In this document: piece after piece, positions 1 to 11,711 of the stretch | Layout: the number at the start of each line of letters is the position of its first letter | How positions within the stretch are numbered: the stretch's first letter is position 1 | From: Chara braunii | Taxonomy: Eukaryota; Plantae; Charophyceae | NCBI GenBank assembly: GCA_003427395.1 | Contig: BFEA01000039.1 | Span: 3,081,152-3,136,663 of the forward strand | Reading direction: 5' to 3' | Length of the DNA: 55,512 bases | Program-made: the position numbers and the translations under genes | The notes under the pieces: generated by a model | Told to the model about the DNA's origin: nothing | Seen by the model: only the letters and a program-made list of their open reading frames with translations | Databases searched by the model: none

Positions 1-735
1 GGGGGGAAGGAAGACGGGAAGGAAGAGGGGAAGACGAGGGGCGGGGGATTCGGGAAAGAAGAGCCCTAGGGGGAATAAGCCGGGGACGAAGATGGGATGA
101 AACGCGAGACGGAAGGGAGGGAGAAGGCGCGGGGAATGTGGGAAGGAGGAGAAAATGGCAGGGAGAACAAGATGGCAAGTAGGAGGAGGGGGAGAAGATG
201 GCAGGAGGAGGAACTTCAAGATGGTAAGGAGCTGGAGTAATGGGGGAAGGATGAAGGAAATGACATGGCAAGGTTGTGTGTAAATGTGTGAGGAGGAGGA
301 AGGAAGAACATGGCAAGGAGCAAGAGGAGGCATGGAGGAATGCGGGGGGAACCTGGGGGGGAAGGAACAGGGGAAGGCGAGGGGTGGGGGATTCGGGGAA
401 GAAGAACCTCAGGGGAAAGAAGGCGGGGTCGAATATGGGGTGAAACGCATGACGGAAAGGAGGGAGAAGGTGTGGACGCGGATGGGATGGAACGCGGGAC
501 GGAAGGGAGGGAGAAGGCGCGGGGAATGTGCGAAGGAGGAGAAGATGGCAGGAAGAAGAAGATGACAAATAGGAGAAGGAAAGGGGAGGGAGGAGTAAGA
601 TGGTAAGCAGCTGTACTAGTAGCAGAAGGAGAGGGGAAGAGGAGGAGAAAGAAGATAACATGGCAAGGTTGTGTGTGTATGTGTGAGGAGGAGGAAGGAA
701 GAACATGGCAATGAGGAAGACGAGGCATGGAGGAG
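1..735. repeat. Purine-rich degenerate tandem duplication, period ~390-395 bp
   Basis: gatgggatg.aacgcg.gacggaagggagggagaaggcgcggggaatgtg at 91 and 481; acatggcaaggttgtgtg..tgtgtgaggaggaggaaggaagaacatggcaa at ~263 and ~658. Confidence 0.8.
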
Positions 736-1475
736 CCGGAGGATACAGGCAAAACATTCCTCATAGAAAACGATTAAATAAAACGTATCAGGCAGATTAC
801 AAACACAGTCCTCAATCCCTACATCCACGCAAGGAAGAGGACCTTTTTGTTGTCGTTCTTGCCTGGACTCAAGATTCTAGGGCTCTGTTTGTAACCTTGG
901 CTGAGGAGGAGGACAATACAAAGAAGATGGACGATATAGGCCTACATTAGCCTTTGCAAATTACACGAACGAGACAAGTCAGCCAGGTTACAAATACAGT
1001 CCCACATCCCTAGATCCAGGTAAGCAACAAGAAGAAATGAGAAAGACACGTCCTTCAAGTGTTTCTGTTCTCAGACAGAAATTCCACCTCGAGCACTACA
1101 TGTTTTTCTCCCCCGACCACTACAAGTTCTTCTCATACCTTTAAAAAACTGTATTTTTCATTTCGTTGTCCTTGTTCTTTGAATCGGAAATATAGGGCTA
1201 TATCTTTAACCTTGGTTGTGGAGCAAGAACATGGAAAGATGGGTAAGGATACAGGCCTACATCTTTCTAAAACAATGACAGAATTACAAGAAATCTGGCA
1301 ACTTATTAATAAAACCATAAATATGTCCTGCTTCGGTCCTTGAAGGAGTGTATTTCTTATTTATTTGTAATCCAAGTTTATAGCACTATACTTTTAAAAA
1401 TAGCAGTTTAATATTTCGAAAAACATGCAAATCATAAGAGTTATTCTTACAGCGAAATTATCAAAGACAATTTTT

Positions 1476-1482
<7 letters not shown>

Positions 1483-1565
<83 letters not shown>
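1483..1565. repeat. (CT)n microsatellite
   Basis: Direct read of the sequence. Confidence 0.98.
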
Positions 1566-1569
<4 letters not shown>

Positions 1570-2298
1570 TTTGTAAATCTGTTTATTCGATACTCCTGAC
1601 GATCTACACTGGAACCACGGTCATTAAGCAACTACGACGCTGCTCGACGCTGCTTTCTCTCTCTCTCTGTTTGTATTTGTATGTTTGCTCTCTGAGCTAC
1701 GACGACGCTCAACGATGCTCGTCCTCTTTGAAATTCTTTTTTGTCGCTCCCGACCTTGCGGAGTCTTTCTCACAATTCAGAAATCTTGTAGCGGGGTCGT
1801 CCAAATTTTCCTGGTTTGGTCTCCAAGAAGTAAAATTCCGTATTCAACCCGTAAGCGGGCGCTTGGCGTTCAATATTGTTTGTTTTACTGGGTCGTGGCT
1901 CTCCGAAATTTGGTCGCTAGCTCTCTAAAATTTCAATTTTCGAGACGACCGTTGGCGGAAAATCTAAATTTTAACGATGTTCTTGACGACGATACCAGTG
2001 GCTGGACGGTCGGAATTATTTGTTTTGGCGGGAGTCCGGGCTCTCCGAATTTTTATCGCTAACGGTCCGAAAATTACACTTTTGCAAAAACCTTGATGAC
2101 TCTTCCTTCGCGTTCTAGATTTATGACCATTTCGAGGGTTTACTGCCCGAAAGTTCTTATTCCTGCATTGAAGAGGTTCTCGGTCTGTTCCACATGTCCG
2201 AAATTCAAGACAGGCCGTTCACAGACAACAAGTGCGTTCGAACGAGGTAATGACATAACCTCAGTGCTTATATTCTTTCCCCCTGTCTTCGTGACCCT

Positions 2299-2302
<4 letters not shown>

Positions 2303-2361
<59 letters not shown>
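2303..2361. repeat. (CT)n microsatellite
   Basis: Direct read of the sequence. Confidence 0.98.
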
Positions 2362-2364
<3 letters not shown>

Positions 2365-2644
2365 GTTCATTCTTCGATGTTTGCCACAATGCGACTGATT
2401 GTTTGGAATTATATCCCTTTAAGTTGTTTTTGCAGAAGGTAGAGGCTGTGACTTGCACATTTACGGAAGGATTCTCATGGAACTCTTCTTCGTCTCTCCT
2501 ACTTCTTCTTCTTCTTCCTCTCTCTCTCGCTCTCTCTAAATGTTCTTCGTGTAGAAAGAAAAATGAATCTTGTGTCGACGCATACTGGAAAGGATTCTTA
2601 TGAAAGTAGTAAGTTTGGTAAAGAAATAGTTAAACGTCTTCTCT

Positions 2645-3055
2645 TTGTCTCAGTTATAGTCCTATAACACTTTGTCTCTTATTCGTCTTCGACTTTTCAG
2701 AGTTAAAGCCCTTTACCACTTTATCTAATAATCGTCTTCATGACGCCTGTGTTGCCTTCCCCGAACTCGTTGAGTCAATCAAAATAAAATTTTTGGGGAA
2801 GAATGAATTGGAGATTCTACGATGTTTGTGGACTCACTTTTCTGAGTTATAGCCCTATAACACTTTGTCTAATAATCGTCTTCGACTTCTCAGAGCAAAA
2901 GCCCTTTAACACTTTATCTCTTAGTCGTCTTCGATTTTAAAGCCCTTGTTATTAGTGACGTCTGCATTGCCTTGCCCAAACTTCGAATGTTATGATGCAC
3001 GACACTTGTGGACTGACTTTCCTGAGTTATAGCCCTATAACACTTTGTCTAATCA
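2645..3055. repeat. Array of near-palindromic GTTATAGnnCTATAAC motifs upstream of the transposase
   Basis: agttatagtcctataacac (~2652), gagttatagccctataacac (~2844, ~3024), degenerate aaagcccttta versions (~2705, ~2898), each followed by actttrtct. Confidence 0.8.
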
Positions 3056-3148
3056 TTGCTTTCGATTTTAAGGCCCTTCATCGTGCTTTGTCTCTTTTCT
3101 TTAACATGTTTTGACAAAGTAACCGCTTGTTTTGTTATTTGCGCAAAA

Positions 3149-4771
3149 ATGTTTGGCAAGGCACTAGAGAAGCACCGGTTAATGCAAGCAGAAGAGAGAC
3201 AAAAACTCAGTAAGCATCGCCACAAGGCTTCAAGTCATCCGTTAGAGTATGTCGCAATAATCATTGATGGGATGAATCAGAGCAAGACTATACTGTCACA
3301 CTTCACTAGGGTTCCAAAGGATTCAAATTAAAAGAAGAGAACTTTGTGAAAGTTCACGTGGTTGGGGCTAAGGTGCTAGGACTCTCATCGAACGTCTCTG
3401 CAACTGTTTTCTTTGACAATTTCAAATCAGATTCTAATTGCATGCTAACTGTTCTCATCGTCAGATTTCTCAACTTTCTCTACCATTTCCGAGAGTCCTG
3501 TATCTTACACTTGATAGCACTTCGAAAGAGAACAAGAACAAATTAGTGTTGTCATATCTCGTGTTCTTGGTGAAAATGAGAGTGTTTAGTAAAGTTAAGT
3601 TAAACTTTGTTCTTGTAGGTAACACACACGAGGACATCGACCAGATGTTCAACTGTTTTTTTATAAAGCTTGCTGCACATGGTGCGTTCGATCGTCCTGA
3701 GTTGCAACATGTGATTAGGGAGTCGTACAAGGTAGAACAAGATCATGGCGTGCACGTTGAGGAGATGACAGAAACAATGGACTGGAAGTTGTACGTTCAG
3801 GATCATCTACATAATGTCAATGATGTTAGCTTCAACCAACATTTCTGAATCAAGCGCAACGACAATGGGGAGGTGCACATTTGGAGCAAGCAATATCATA
3901 ACTCACAGTGGCAGCCGAACGACAGAGAAGGTATGGACATCTTCAAGTCAGAGTCAACATGACAAGTTCAAGCTTCGCCAAAGCATGCAATCCGATCTTT
4001 GGAAGCAAGATATCAACTTACTTGTCGGGGTGAGGACGAGAGGCGTGATAAGTTCGTCAGCAGTGAAGGTCATGTCCGTAATCGAAAAGCAGGAGGATCT
4101 TCTGAATTCAAGGTGACGATGATGTACTCTCCATCGTCGCCTTGAAAGTCAACGTACATGCCCTGTCGCATTACGCTCAACCCCAGAACATTGAATGCTG
4201 GAATAAGTTTATAGCAACGCAGGAAACTCTCAACCTTGAGGACACAAACCTCAAAGAGCCTTTCGCGTGGCCCTCTGTAACAACTGATGTCAGCAGAGCA
4301 GGTGAAGAAGTTCCACAAACCGCTAACGGCTTTGACCAACGCTGGGATGAACTTTTCCCTCCTGAGAGACCCATCTACATCGGCGCACGAAAGAGCAGAT
4401 AGTTTCGAGAGGACAGAGACGGAAAGTACGACGATCTTGAGGTCAACACTTTCATCGCATTACGAGCTTGTTCGAGGCAGGAAGAGAGAGGCAAACCTTA
4501 CCAAATTAACAAGGTTGTCGAACTGCTAGCAGGTAAACGATTCAAAGTTGCTTGGTTTGCACAACGTGAGAAAGGAGAGGGTTATTATCCTCAGTTCAAA
4601 ACAAATCCTCAAGGAAAGACTATGAGAGAGCCTTCCGAGGACGTCTATGACTGGAGCTGCGGCGTGCTTTGTTACAACTTCCAACTGAAGACAGACAGGA
4701 CCCTCTTCTCGCAGACCAGACAAAAGATCTCTGAGATGTTGAATTTCATGGCAACGGAGGATGTCGACTAG
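3149..4771 (+). pseudogene. Decayed DDD-type DNA transposase (Sola-like / DUF7869-like), with frameshifts and stops
   Basis: Joining ORFs 3056-3331, 3346-3546 and 3438-3848 gives IIDGMNQSKT ... LYLTLDSTSKENKNK ... FVLVGNTHEDIDQMF, matching the IDGMxQ / LDxxxxENKN / VGHTHEDIDQxF motif set. Coding-like sequence continues through PPERPIYIG and DLEVNTFIAL..KPYQINKV..FKVAWF to TAG at 4769-4771. Family assignment is from remembered motifs. Confidence 0.72.
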
Positions 4772-4978
4772 GAAGACCTTCTAGGAACCGATTGCTTCGG
4801 AGGTTGGCAGAGTGTCATCGAGATCGAGGTCATTTCTGCTTCCGCATTAGATCAGGTTTCTTTTTGTCGCTGTNTTCTAGGAACCGATTGCTTCGGAGGT
4901 TGGCAGAGTGTCATCGAGATCGAGGTCATTTCTGCTTCCGCATTAGATCAGGTTTCTTTTTGTCGCTGTTCAACAGAT

Positions 4979-5173
4979 TATCTGAGTTTAGTCGTTAGCG
5001 GCTTGTAAAGTCTTGTAAATATGTACAACAGTAGGTTGCAGTTCGCAGCCAGGCACGTGTGGCCAACCTTTTTGTTATCTGAGTCTAGTCGTTAGCGACT
5101 TGTAAATTCTTGTAAACTTGTATAACAGTAGGTCGCAGTTTGCAGCCAGGCACGTGTGGCCAACCTTTTTGTT
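4979..5173. repeat. ~98 bp tandem duplication
   Basis: atctgagt.tagtcgttagcg.cttgtaaa...gcagccaggcacgtgtggccaacctttttgtt occurs twice with a few substitutions. Confidence 0.9.
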
Positions 5174-5379
5174 TTCACGATCTTTTCCAAATGTACTTTG
5201 CGGTTTTTCACTTTACAATTTTGAGATTTTGGAAATTGACTCACGATTTGCCGTTTTGGTTCCGGCTTTTCGATTTGCGGTTTGTCATTCATTTTTTGAC
5301 CAAAACATTTGTTACATGAACAATTATCGATTTGCAGTTTGTCATTCAAACTCTCACGACATTATGCTCTTTTCTACTT

Positions 5380-6100
5380 CCAACAAAGTCGTGTTAGAAA
5401 CCTACAAGGTCGTGTTCGAATTTCATTGAATTTTTACGACGTTCAACATTGCGTTTACAGCGTTTCAAACACCTCACCGATTACGGATTAAAATTTTTAC
5501 GCCCGCCAAGCTTCATGTCAAATTCTAGCGAAATTATGTTATTTTTTTACTTCCCTAAAATTCGCGTTATAGGCCTATAAGGTCGTGTTCGAATTTCGTG
5601 GAATTTTCACGAATTTTAACACTGTGTTTTTAGGGCTTTAAATACTCGACTGATTGCGGACTAAAATATTGTACCCGTGTTTCGTTTTCAAACAGTCGTT
5701 ATAGGCCTATAAGGTCGTGTTCGAATTTCGTGGAATTTTCACGAATTTTAACACTGTGTTTTTAGGGCTTTAAATACTCGACTGATAATTGACTAAAATT
5801 ATGCTCTTTTTTTACTTTCCCAAAATTCGCGTTATAGGCCTATAAGGTCGTGTTTGAATTTCGCTCAATTTTCGTGATGTTGAACATTGCGTTTATAGGG
5901 CTATAAACACTTGACCGATTGCGGACTAAAATATTGTACCCGTGTTTCGTTTTCAAACAGTCGTTATAGGCCTATAATTCGAAAAGTGCGGTTTTCGAAT
6001 TTCGAGAGAATTTCCCAGGGTCTCTTTCAAATCTCGTGAGATTCGGCTCTTTTCTGCATTTGCGCAAATTCGAGTTATAGGCCTATAAGATCGTGTTTGG
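5380..6100. repeat. Subterminal-type tandem repeats (~130 bp) carrying the TTATAGGCCTATAA palindrome, downstream of the transposase
   Basis: gttataggcctataa at ~5566, ~5698, ~5831, ~5963, ~6074; tttatagggctataaa at ~5892; most are followed by ggtcgtgttcgaatttcg. Confidence 0.85.
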
Positions 6101-7031
6101 AAGTCGTTGAATTTCCGTGACGATCGAATATGGTCAATTTGGTTGTCCACAACTTTTGGAGATTTGAAATCAGTTGTCGTTGGCTGTTTTTTGCTTTCCT
6201 CTGCATCCCGTTTTTTTATTAACTTCGTTTTCAAGCTTCTATTTCCTTAGTATTATGAGTGCAAAGAAAGAGGCTCTGTTCGCCTTGCCAGGTTTTCGGT
6301 TAGTTTTTACGTCCTTGGATTAGGTTCCGGAAAAGACTCTCTGTTTTGAAACAAAATACTACTTCCAATGTACAGTACTGACTGGTCGTTTCGTTATGCA
6401 CTCAAATCTCCATAAATTGGAGATCTTTTCGTCGGCCATGAGTAGGAGTCGCCTGTTCGTCTCCAAAATGGGCTCTTTTTTCCACGTTGTAGTCGGCCTC
6501 ATATATTGACTGATTTTTAGGGGGGGGTTCGATGACATTTGCGCATGAAACGGTGCAAAATTCACCTTTACTTCTAAAAAAATGCTATGTTCCATTGACG
6601 TTTTTCTGTCTATAGGATTTCTCTGGTTTTGGTTTGTTTCTCTGGTTTTCACGAATCTATTGTTCCTTGCCTTATTCACATAAGCTCCAGTCTTTGTCCA
6701 ACCTTCCGAAAAGAAACACTCAGTCATTTTTTAAATGGTCATTTAACAAAAGTCTGGGTAAAAACGTAAAAAAAAAATTCAACCCACAAGGGTGAAGGCC
6801 TTTAGGTTGAGTAGCGAGAATGAGTTGGAGTTTGACTGGAAACCGACCTGTTATTAAAAGACAATAAAAGATGACTCTCATAGGTCAGCTTGAACCTAGT
6901 CAAGCCACGGGATAATATAAAATGATAATGACCTGCAACACAACATAAGCAAGTACCAAGACTATGTTGAGTGAATATGAAATAGTCCTACTTTTCTACC
7001 TCACCTCTAATACCTATTTCAAAATGTCAAG

Positions 7032-7610
7032 AATTTTGGCAATATGTTCCCTACGTGGGAGCAGGCTGTCAAATTTTAAATGTTCCCAAATATCATGACT
7101 TCTCTAGATCTCAATAAATTTTGGCAGCGCTTCTCATATGGTAAGTACCTTTGCATAATTTATATAAGACTGAATATAGAGTCTGGAAGTGATCTTCTAA
7201 CTTTAAAAATTAAATTTTGTCTAACTCTTTGAATTATTAAGAATTTGTGCATCTCCTTTACAGAGGTAAGCTTGAACTCAAGATAAATTTGAATTATGTC
7301 ATAAGACTCATAATAAAATTTAACTAACTCTTTAGTTTTGTAGAAATTTGGACAACACTTCCCACGTGAAAAATGTTTTTTCAAAAGTTATCTGAAGCTA
7401 AATACGGAATCTAAAAAATAACTTTGACTTTACAAAGCCAAATTTTGTCTTACTTTTTAAATTAGCAAAAAATTAGGTAGCATCTTCTTTAAAGTAGTAA
7501 GCTAACATCAATTCACATATAAACTCGGACAAAATTTAAGTTTCGTAAAGATAAAATTTAACTAAGTCCTTAGATTTGCATAAATTTGGGCAACACTTCC
7601 ATTAGTGAGA
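7032..7610 (+). repeat. Degenerate ~85-125 bp repeats with core AAATTT(T/G)GGCAGCACTTCC
   Basis: Cores at ~7032, 7116, 7240, 7344, 7470, 7581; reverse-complement cores at ~22670, 22790, 22915, 23016, 23138. Confidence 0.75.
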
Positions 7611-7960
7611 GTGCATCTCCAAAGTTTATACAAAGTCAAGTATGCAAAAATAAATCTATATTAGAAAATGCTTAAATTTGAACTAAGTAATAAAAAATAA
7701 ACTCATCTTATAAAATGCAGGATATGAATTAACTCCTATAGCTTTAGCACGTGGCAAACATTTAGAGCAGATAACTATCGAAACTAAGGTTCATAATTAA
7801 GTTGATTTCTCATTCAACCACATGCAAGTCCATACCACAGTGGGTAAGTACTCTCACCAAAATCTCAAGTTATTTTCACATAAGTAGTTCACCATTTATC
7901 GATTAGATAAAAATTCATGAAACCCCAATACCCCAGCTTACATATGTCATAAGAAGGTCA

Positions 7961-8298
7961 AGTCAAACTGAAGCCATATTGCTTATCCTTTCCCCTTTGT
8001 ATACAAAAAATAGAGGTTACAACTAATTCTTTCAAGTTCTTCATGAGGCAGTTAACGAGACCAAACCGAATCCACATTGTCTAGTTTTGTCAAGTGCTTA
8101 ATTTCTAAGTTATAGTAACTCTCTGAACCTTTTAATCTTTTGAAGACTAAGACTGAGTCAAACCGAAGTCACGTTGCTCTGTCCATCTTTGATTACACTC
8201 ATTATATTCTTAATTAAGTATTCTTTTTCTTTTTGTGATATGCTATAGTGAGACGAAATTGAAACCACATTGTTTGACTAGTTTGTTCAAAAGGTACT

Positions 8299-8335
<37 letters not shown>

Positions 8336-8790
8336 TTTATATTTTTAGGTTTTTTGTTATGTGCGTGACTTCGGACTAAACCAAACTGAAGCCACATTGC
8401 TTAGTTTTCAGTCCAAACCTCCCTCAGAAAAAACAAGTAGTTGGATTTGACCGAAGTCACATTACCCAACTCTTAAACTCTTTTCAACAAGCAACCCACC
8501 ACAAGAACGACAATCATACCTGACCGAAGCCACATTGTCTAGTTTGAGTAGGGAATATAACAACATAGCATAGTCGCATAGACCAAATCGAAACCATATT
8601 GCCTAGCTGCTTAGATAACAACTTACAGAGGTATGTCAATCAAACCTGACCTAAAACACAGTGTCTGATTGCCAAGGAAACAAACAATGCAACAGTCAAG
8701 CCTGACCTAAGCCACATTGCTTGGCTGTAAAGAAGACGAATCACCAATACAACAACAATGTAGACCTAACCAAAACCGCATTGTTAAGTT
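7961..8790 (+). repeat. Array of ~11 dispersed ~28 nt repeats (consensus AGACCWRACCGAAGCCACATTGYYTAGT) with largely unique spacers
   Basis: Copies at ~7961, 8058, 8156, 8250, 8378, 8445, 8516, 8580, 8642, 8698, 8762; period ~57-125 bp. Confidence 0.85.
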
Positions 8791-9059
8791 GCAGAGGAAA
8801 CAAAAATAAACAAAGGAGGCCCAATCAACACAAACAAAACCACCTTTCTCCCACATTTTCCCAATTCATCCCTCTTAGTCTGAATTTCAAGCAACAATGC
8901 AAGGTAAGATTCACACAACCCTTTCCTTCACCTTATCTGATTAAATTTCAGAAAGAACTAGTAAAACAAAAGATTACATGCATGTATTTCAATTAAAGTA
9001 TAGAGATGTACTTATAGAGGATTAGTTGGATCACACAAAGCAGAAAGATGGTATATCTG

Positions 9060-9320
9060 ACTGTTCCCTGCCTCCATAACTCCTCATGAGCTCCGACAAA
9101 GCTCCCACAATCGGTGGGTGGATCTTCCACAAGGCCTTACTGCAGTCTTGTGGGTTGCAATCCTACCTGTTGCCTTCCTCTCGTAGCCACAAATTAGACC
9201 TCGATTAAGAAGGGCAGAAGGAGGGGTTTCAAACTCTCGAGATACAAGTATGGGACAACTCAACTCGTGGGAGAGCACCTTGATGTCTGGATGCGCTTCG
9301 GGACCCCGAAATGGCAGTAA
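9060..9320 (+). pseudogene. Small unknown ORF remnant in copy L
   Basis: FPASITPHELRQSSHNRWVDLPQGLTAVLWVAILPVAFLS* ... FKLSRYKYGTTQLVGEHLDVWMRFGTPKWQ*. Several differences from the copy at 21120-21381 are synonymous in this frame. Confidence 0.6.
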
Positions 9321-11711
9321 AAAACGTAGTTAAAGATGATCAAATTATGGTCAAAGTGCAGTGTAACGGCTTTCTGGCGAGCCTCCATGTCGCAGAAATT
9401 GCCCCCTTGTAAAAAATTGGTCACTCACTTGGTCCTCCACGCTCCAATCACTGCGCAGAAAGCAGCTACATAGCTCCAAAATGCTCTGTTTAAATCGAGC
9501 ATATCCTTATGCTCTTGGAAGTTGCGCGCACGACAAGTATGCCCAACAACAAGTCATTTCATCAATATGCAATGCTACACAGCAACCGTAGTGCCACACA
9601 GTAACAACACCACGATACCCAATGCACCGCACAACAAACACACAACAATTAAACAACATTACACAATTCGGGCCTTGCTGTAAAACATAGGCCAGGTTTG
9701 CCACAAATACACATGTTATAACGAAAATAGGAAAAAAAAAAAAAACTGACTCGGAACACGTAGACTGAGTCTCGCTACGAAGTACAGGCCAGCCCGCTAC
9801 GAGAACACAGAGCAAGGATGACTGACAGGGGGCCTGAATTCATCACCACATTGTAAACCACATAGTCGTGCACCAAGCAGAAAACAACAAGCACCGAAAC
9901 ATGTGTCGGATGAACGCAAATACTATGCACTCAGGTGTTGTGAACGACCCTTCCCGCTGTCATCAACAAAAGGGCAACGTCGCCCTCCTCATATAGCACC
10001 TAGAGCCCCACCTGCTAACCCTAGACACCTACCTAGCCTACAACTACAATGACATCTGAGTCCACCTTGCAACTAAAGACTGAAATGCGAGACTTTGACG
10101 CTCATGTAGTCTGTCAACTAACAAGTACGTCTCGCTACTCTCTCTCACGAGCGCACACGTGAGCTTGCTTCCCTCGGGCTTCAATTGGATCACGATAAGC
10201 GGCAGAAGTAACACGGTCTACTGCAACTCCCGCCGACCGACATGCACCTGGCCTTAGCCTTTGGCCAGGTTCCAATTCATCACAACCCATAGCAAGAGTC
10301 GCGATCCCGATGATGACAACACTAGTAACGGATGTGATGGTGGACAACACTATGACGAACCGTGAGAATGAGAAACACGATGGCGAAACTGGATGGTAAG
10401 TAGGACCTCGTTACTCACCAAATGCGCAACATGAAAATAAAATTTTGGTTAAAACATGCGGAGATACATATGATGCGAGGTTACCTACCAGGTGTGCAAA
10501 ACCAGAATGAATCTCCTACTCTCGTTGTATGTAACGCGCTCTCCCGTTTATATCCATACAACTCCTTATCCCCTGCGTTATTCCATCTTCAACCACCTTA
10601 CTGCAATCCGTTCAATAAATTGGTGGACATGCTTGCGATTATCACCCACAAATGCAGTTTATGTTCGCCGTGCCACCCAAACTAGGGGCTCAACCCAAAG
10701 TCTCTTTCCATAAATCAACTCGTTAGGTCCAAAAAACCCCAGAGTCGAATCTTAGTTTGCCCGATTCTATTAAGGATCGGGGGAACTTATTCACTTCTGC
10801 TCGCTCCTCTACGACGCACGCTAATCGCTTCATCCTTTCTTCAAGTTAAAGTACCTGGCTCGTAATTCCGACCAGGTTCTTCTTGATCCAACAATAATTA
10901 ACGGTGTTTGGCCAGGAAGGCAATCACTCATGTAATGGGGAGTTCAACTTCAAGTGAGGCGACAACAGCGAGTTGAAGAAGGATGCCGCTACTTCGGTGA
11001 AGAGGTTCGTCGTGGCTATGTCATGCGCATAATGACCAAGGAGAACCCTGCGCACAGTACTCAGGCAAGGATCACAAGTGTAATTCCCATAACGAATACG
11101 TACATTGTCAACATGCAGCCATCCAAGCATAGTACACCAGGATCGCGGCCGCTATCAAGCGCATGGGCGTCCGAGACTAGGAGCACCGCCAGACGCAGCA
11201 CAAGCTCAAAGATGAGCCAAGGTGTGATCGAAGAAAAGACAAACATGAACTCTCGGTCTCGATACGCCCATCTAAATGGGCAAACAAATCGTCCTTTCCT
11301 GTGCGTGCTCAACCCGATCTCCCACATCCGACCTTTCAGAGCAAACTTTTCGAAAGTATTAGTGGCGGACCACGCTGCTCTTCCCTGTATCGTTCCAATT
11401 TTAACAAATGTCCCGAAGAACTGATTGTTGGGGCCGTGGCCTCAAGATATCATCATTGAACAAACCCGCCGCTAGGAAATTAAGAAAACGTAGTATTTCA
11501 CTCATCTGCTCCCATCAAAATTTTAACTTGGGACTGTGTTTCGAGAGCTCCGAGGTGTACCAATCCGAGGCAAGCCAGCAAGTTCCAGGACCGGCCACGG
11601 TACCCGTATCGGAACAGTGTCTCGAAAGTGTGACTTTTGAGGGGGGGAAAATAGAAAGTTAAAAATAAATAAAAATAAAAATAAAAAATGACGAGGTTGT
11701 ACCAAGGGGGA

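Larger units (their letters stand above)
6660..11130 (+). mobile_element. Copy L of a ~4.5 kb unit of an unidentified TE family; diverged inverted homolog at 19160-23660
   Basis: Colinear reverse-complement matches: 6665-6855 with 23460-23655, 7725-7790 with 22495-22560, 9068-9320 with 21120-21375, ~10545-10860 with ~19520-19880, ~10950-10970 with ~19285-19310. Boundaries are approximate. Confidence 0.75.

Noticed and set aside
216-2398. ORFs with SLSLSL/ERERER tracts or extreme G/R/P/S bias (also 26375-28100 and 30455-30857)
   Set aside because: They are artefacts of (CT)n microsatellites and low-complexity sequence.
4779-4969. Perfect 95 bp tandem duplication
   Set aside because: The identical copies are separated by a single N at 4874, typical of overlapping contig ends in a scaffold.
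6731-6750. ttaaatggtcatttaacaaa here and at ~23570 as recombinase sites or a long TSD
   Set aside because: Inverted homology extends at least 70 bp outside it, so it is an internal palindrome, and its direct-repeat appearance follows from its symmetry.
7961-8790. CRISPR array call for the repeat-spacer arrays (also 21661-22365)
   Set aside because: Repeats are degenerate, spacer lengths vary widely, there are no cas genes, the context is eukaryotic TE DNA, and some late spacers resemble one another.
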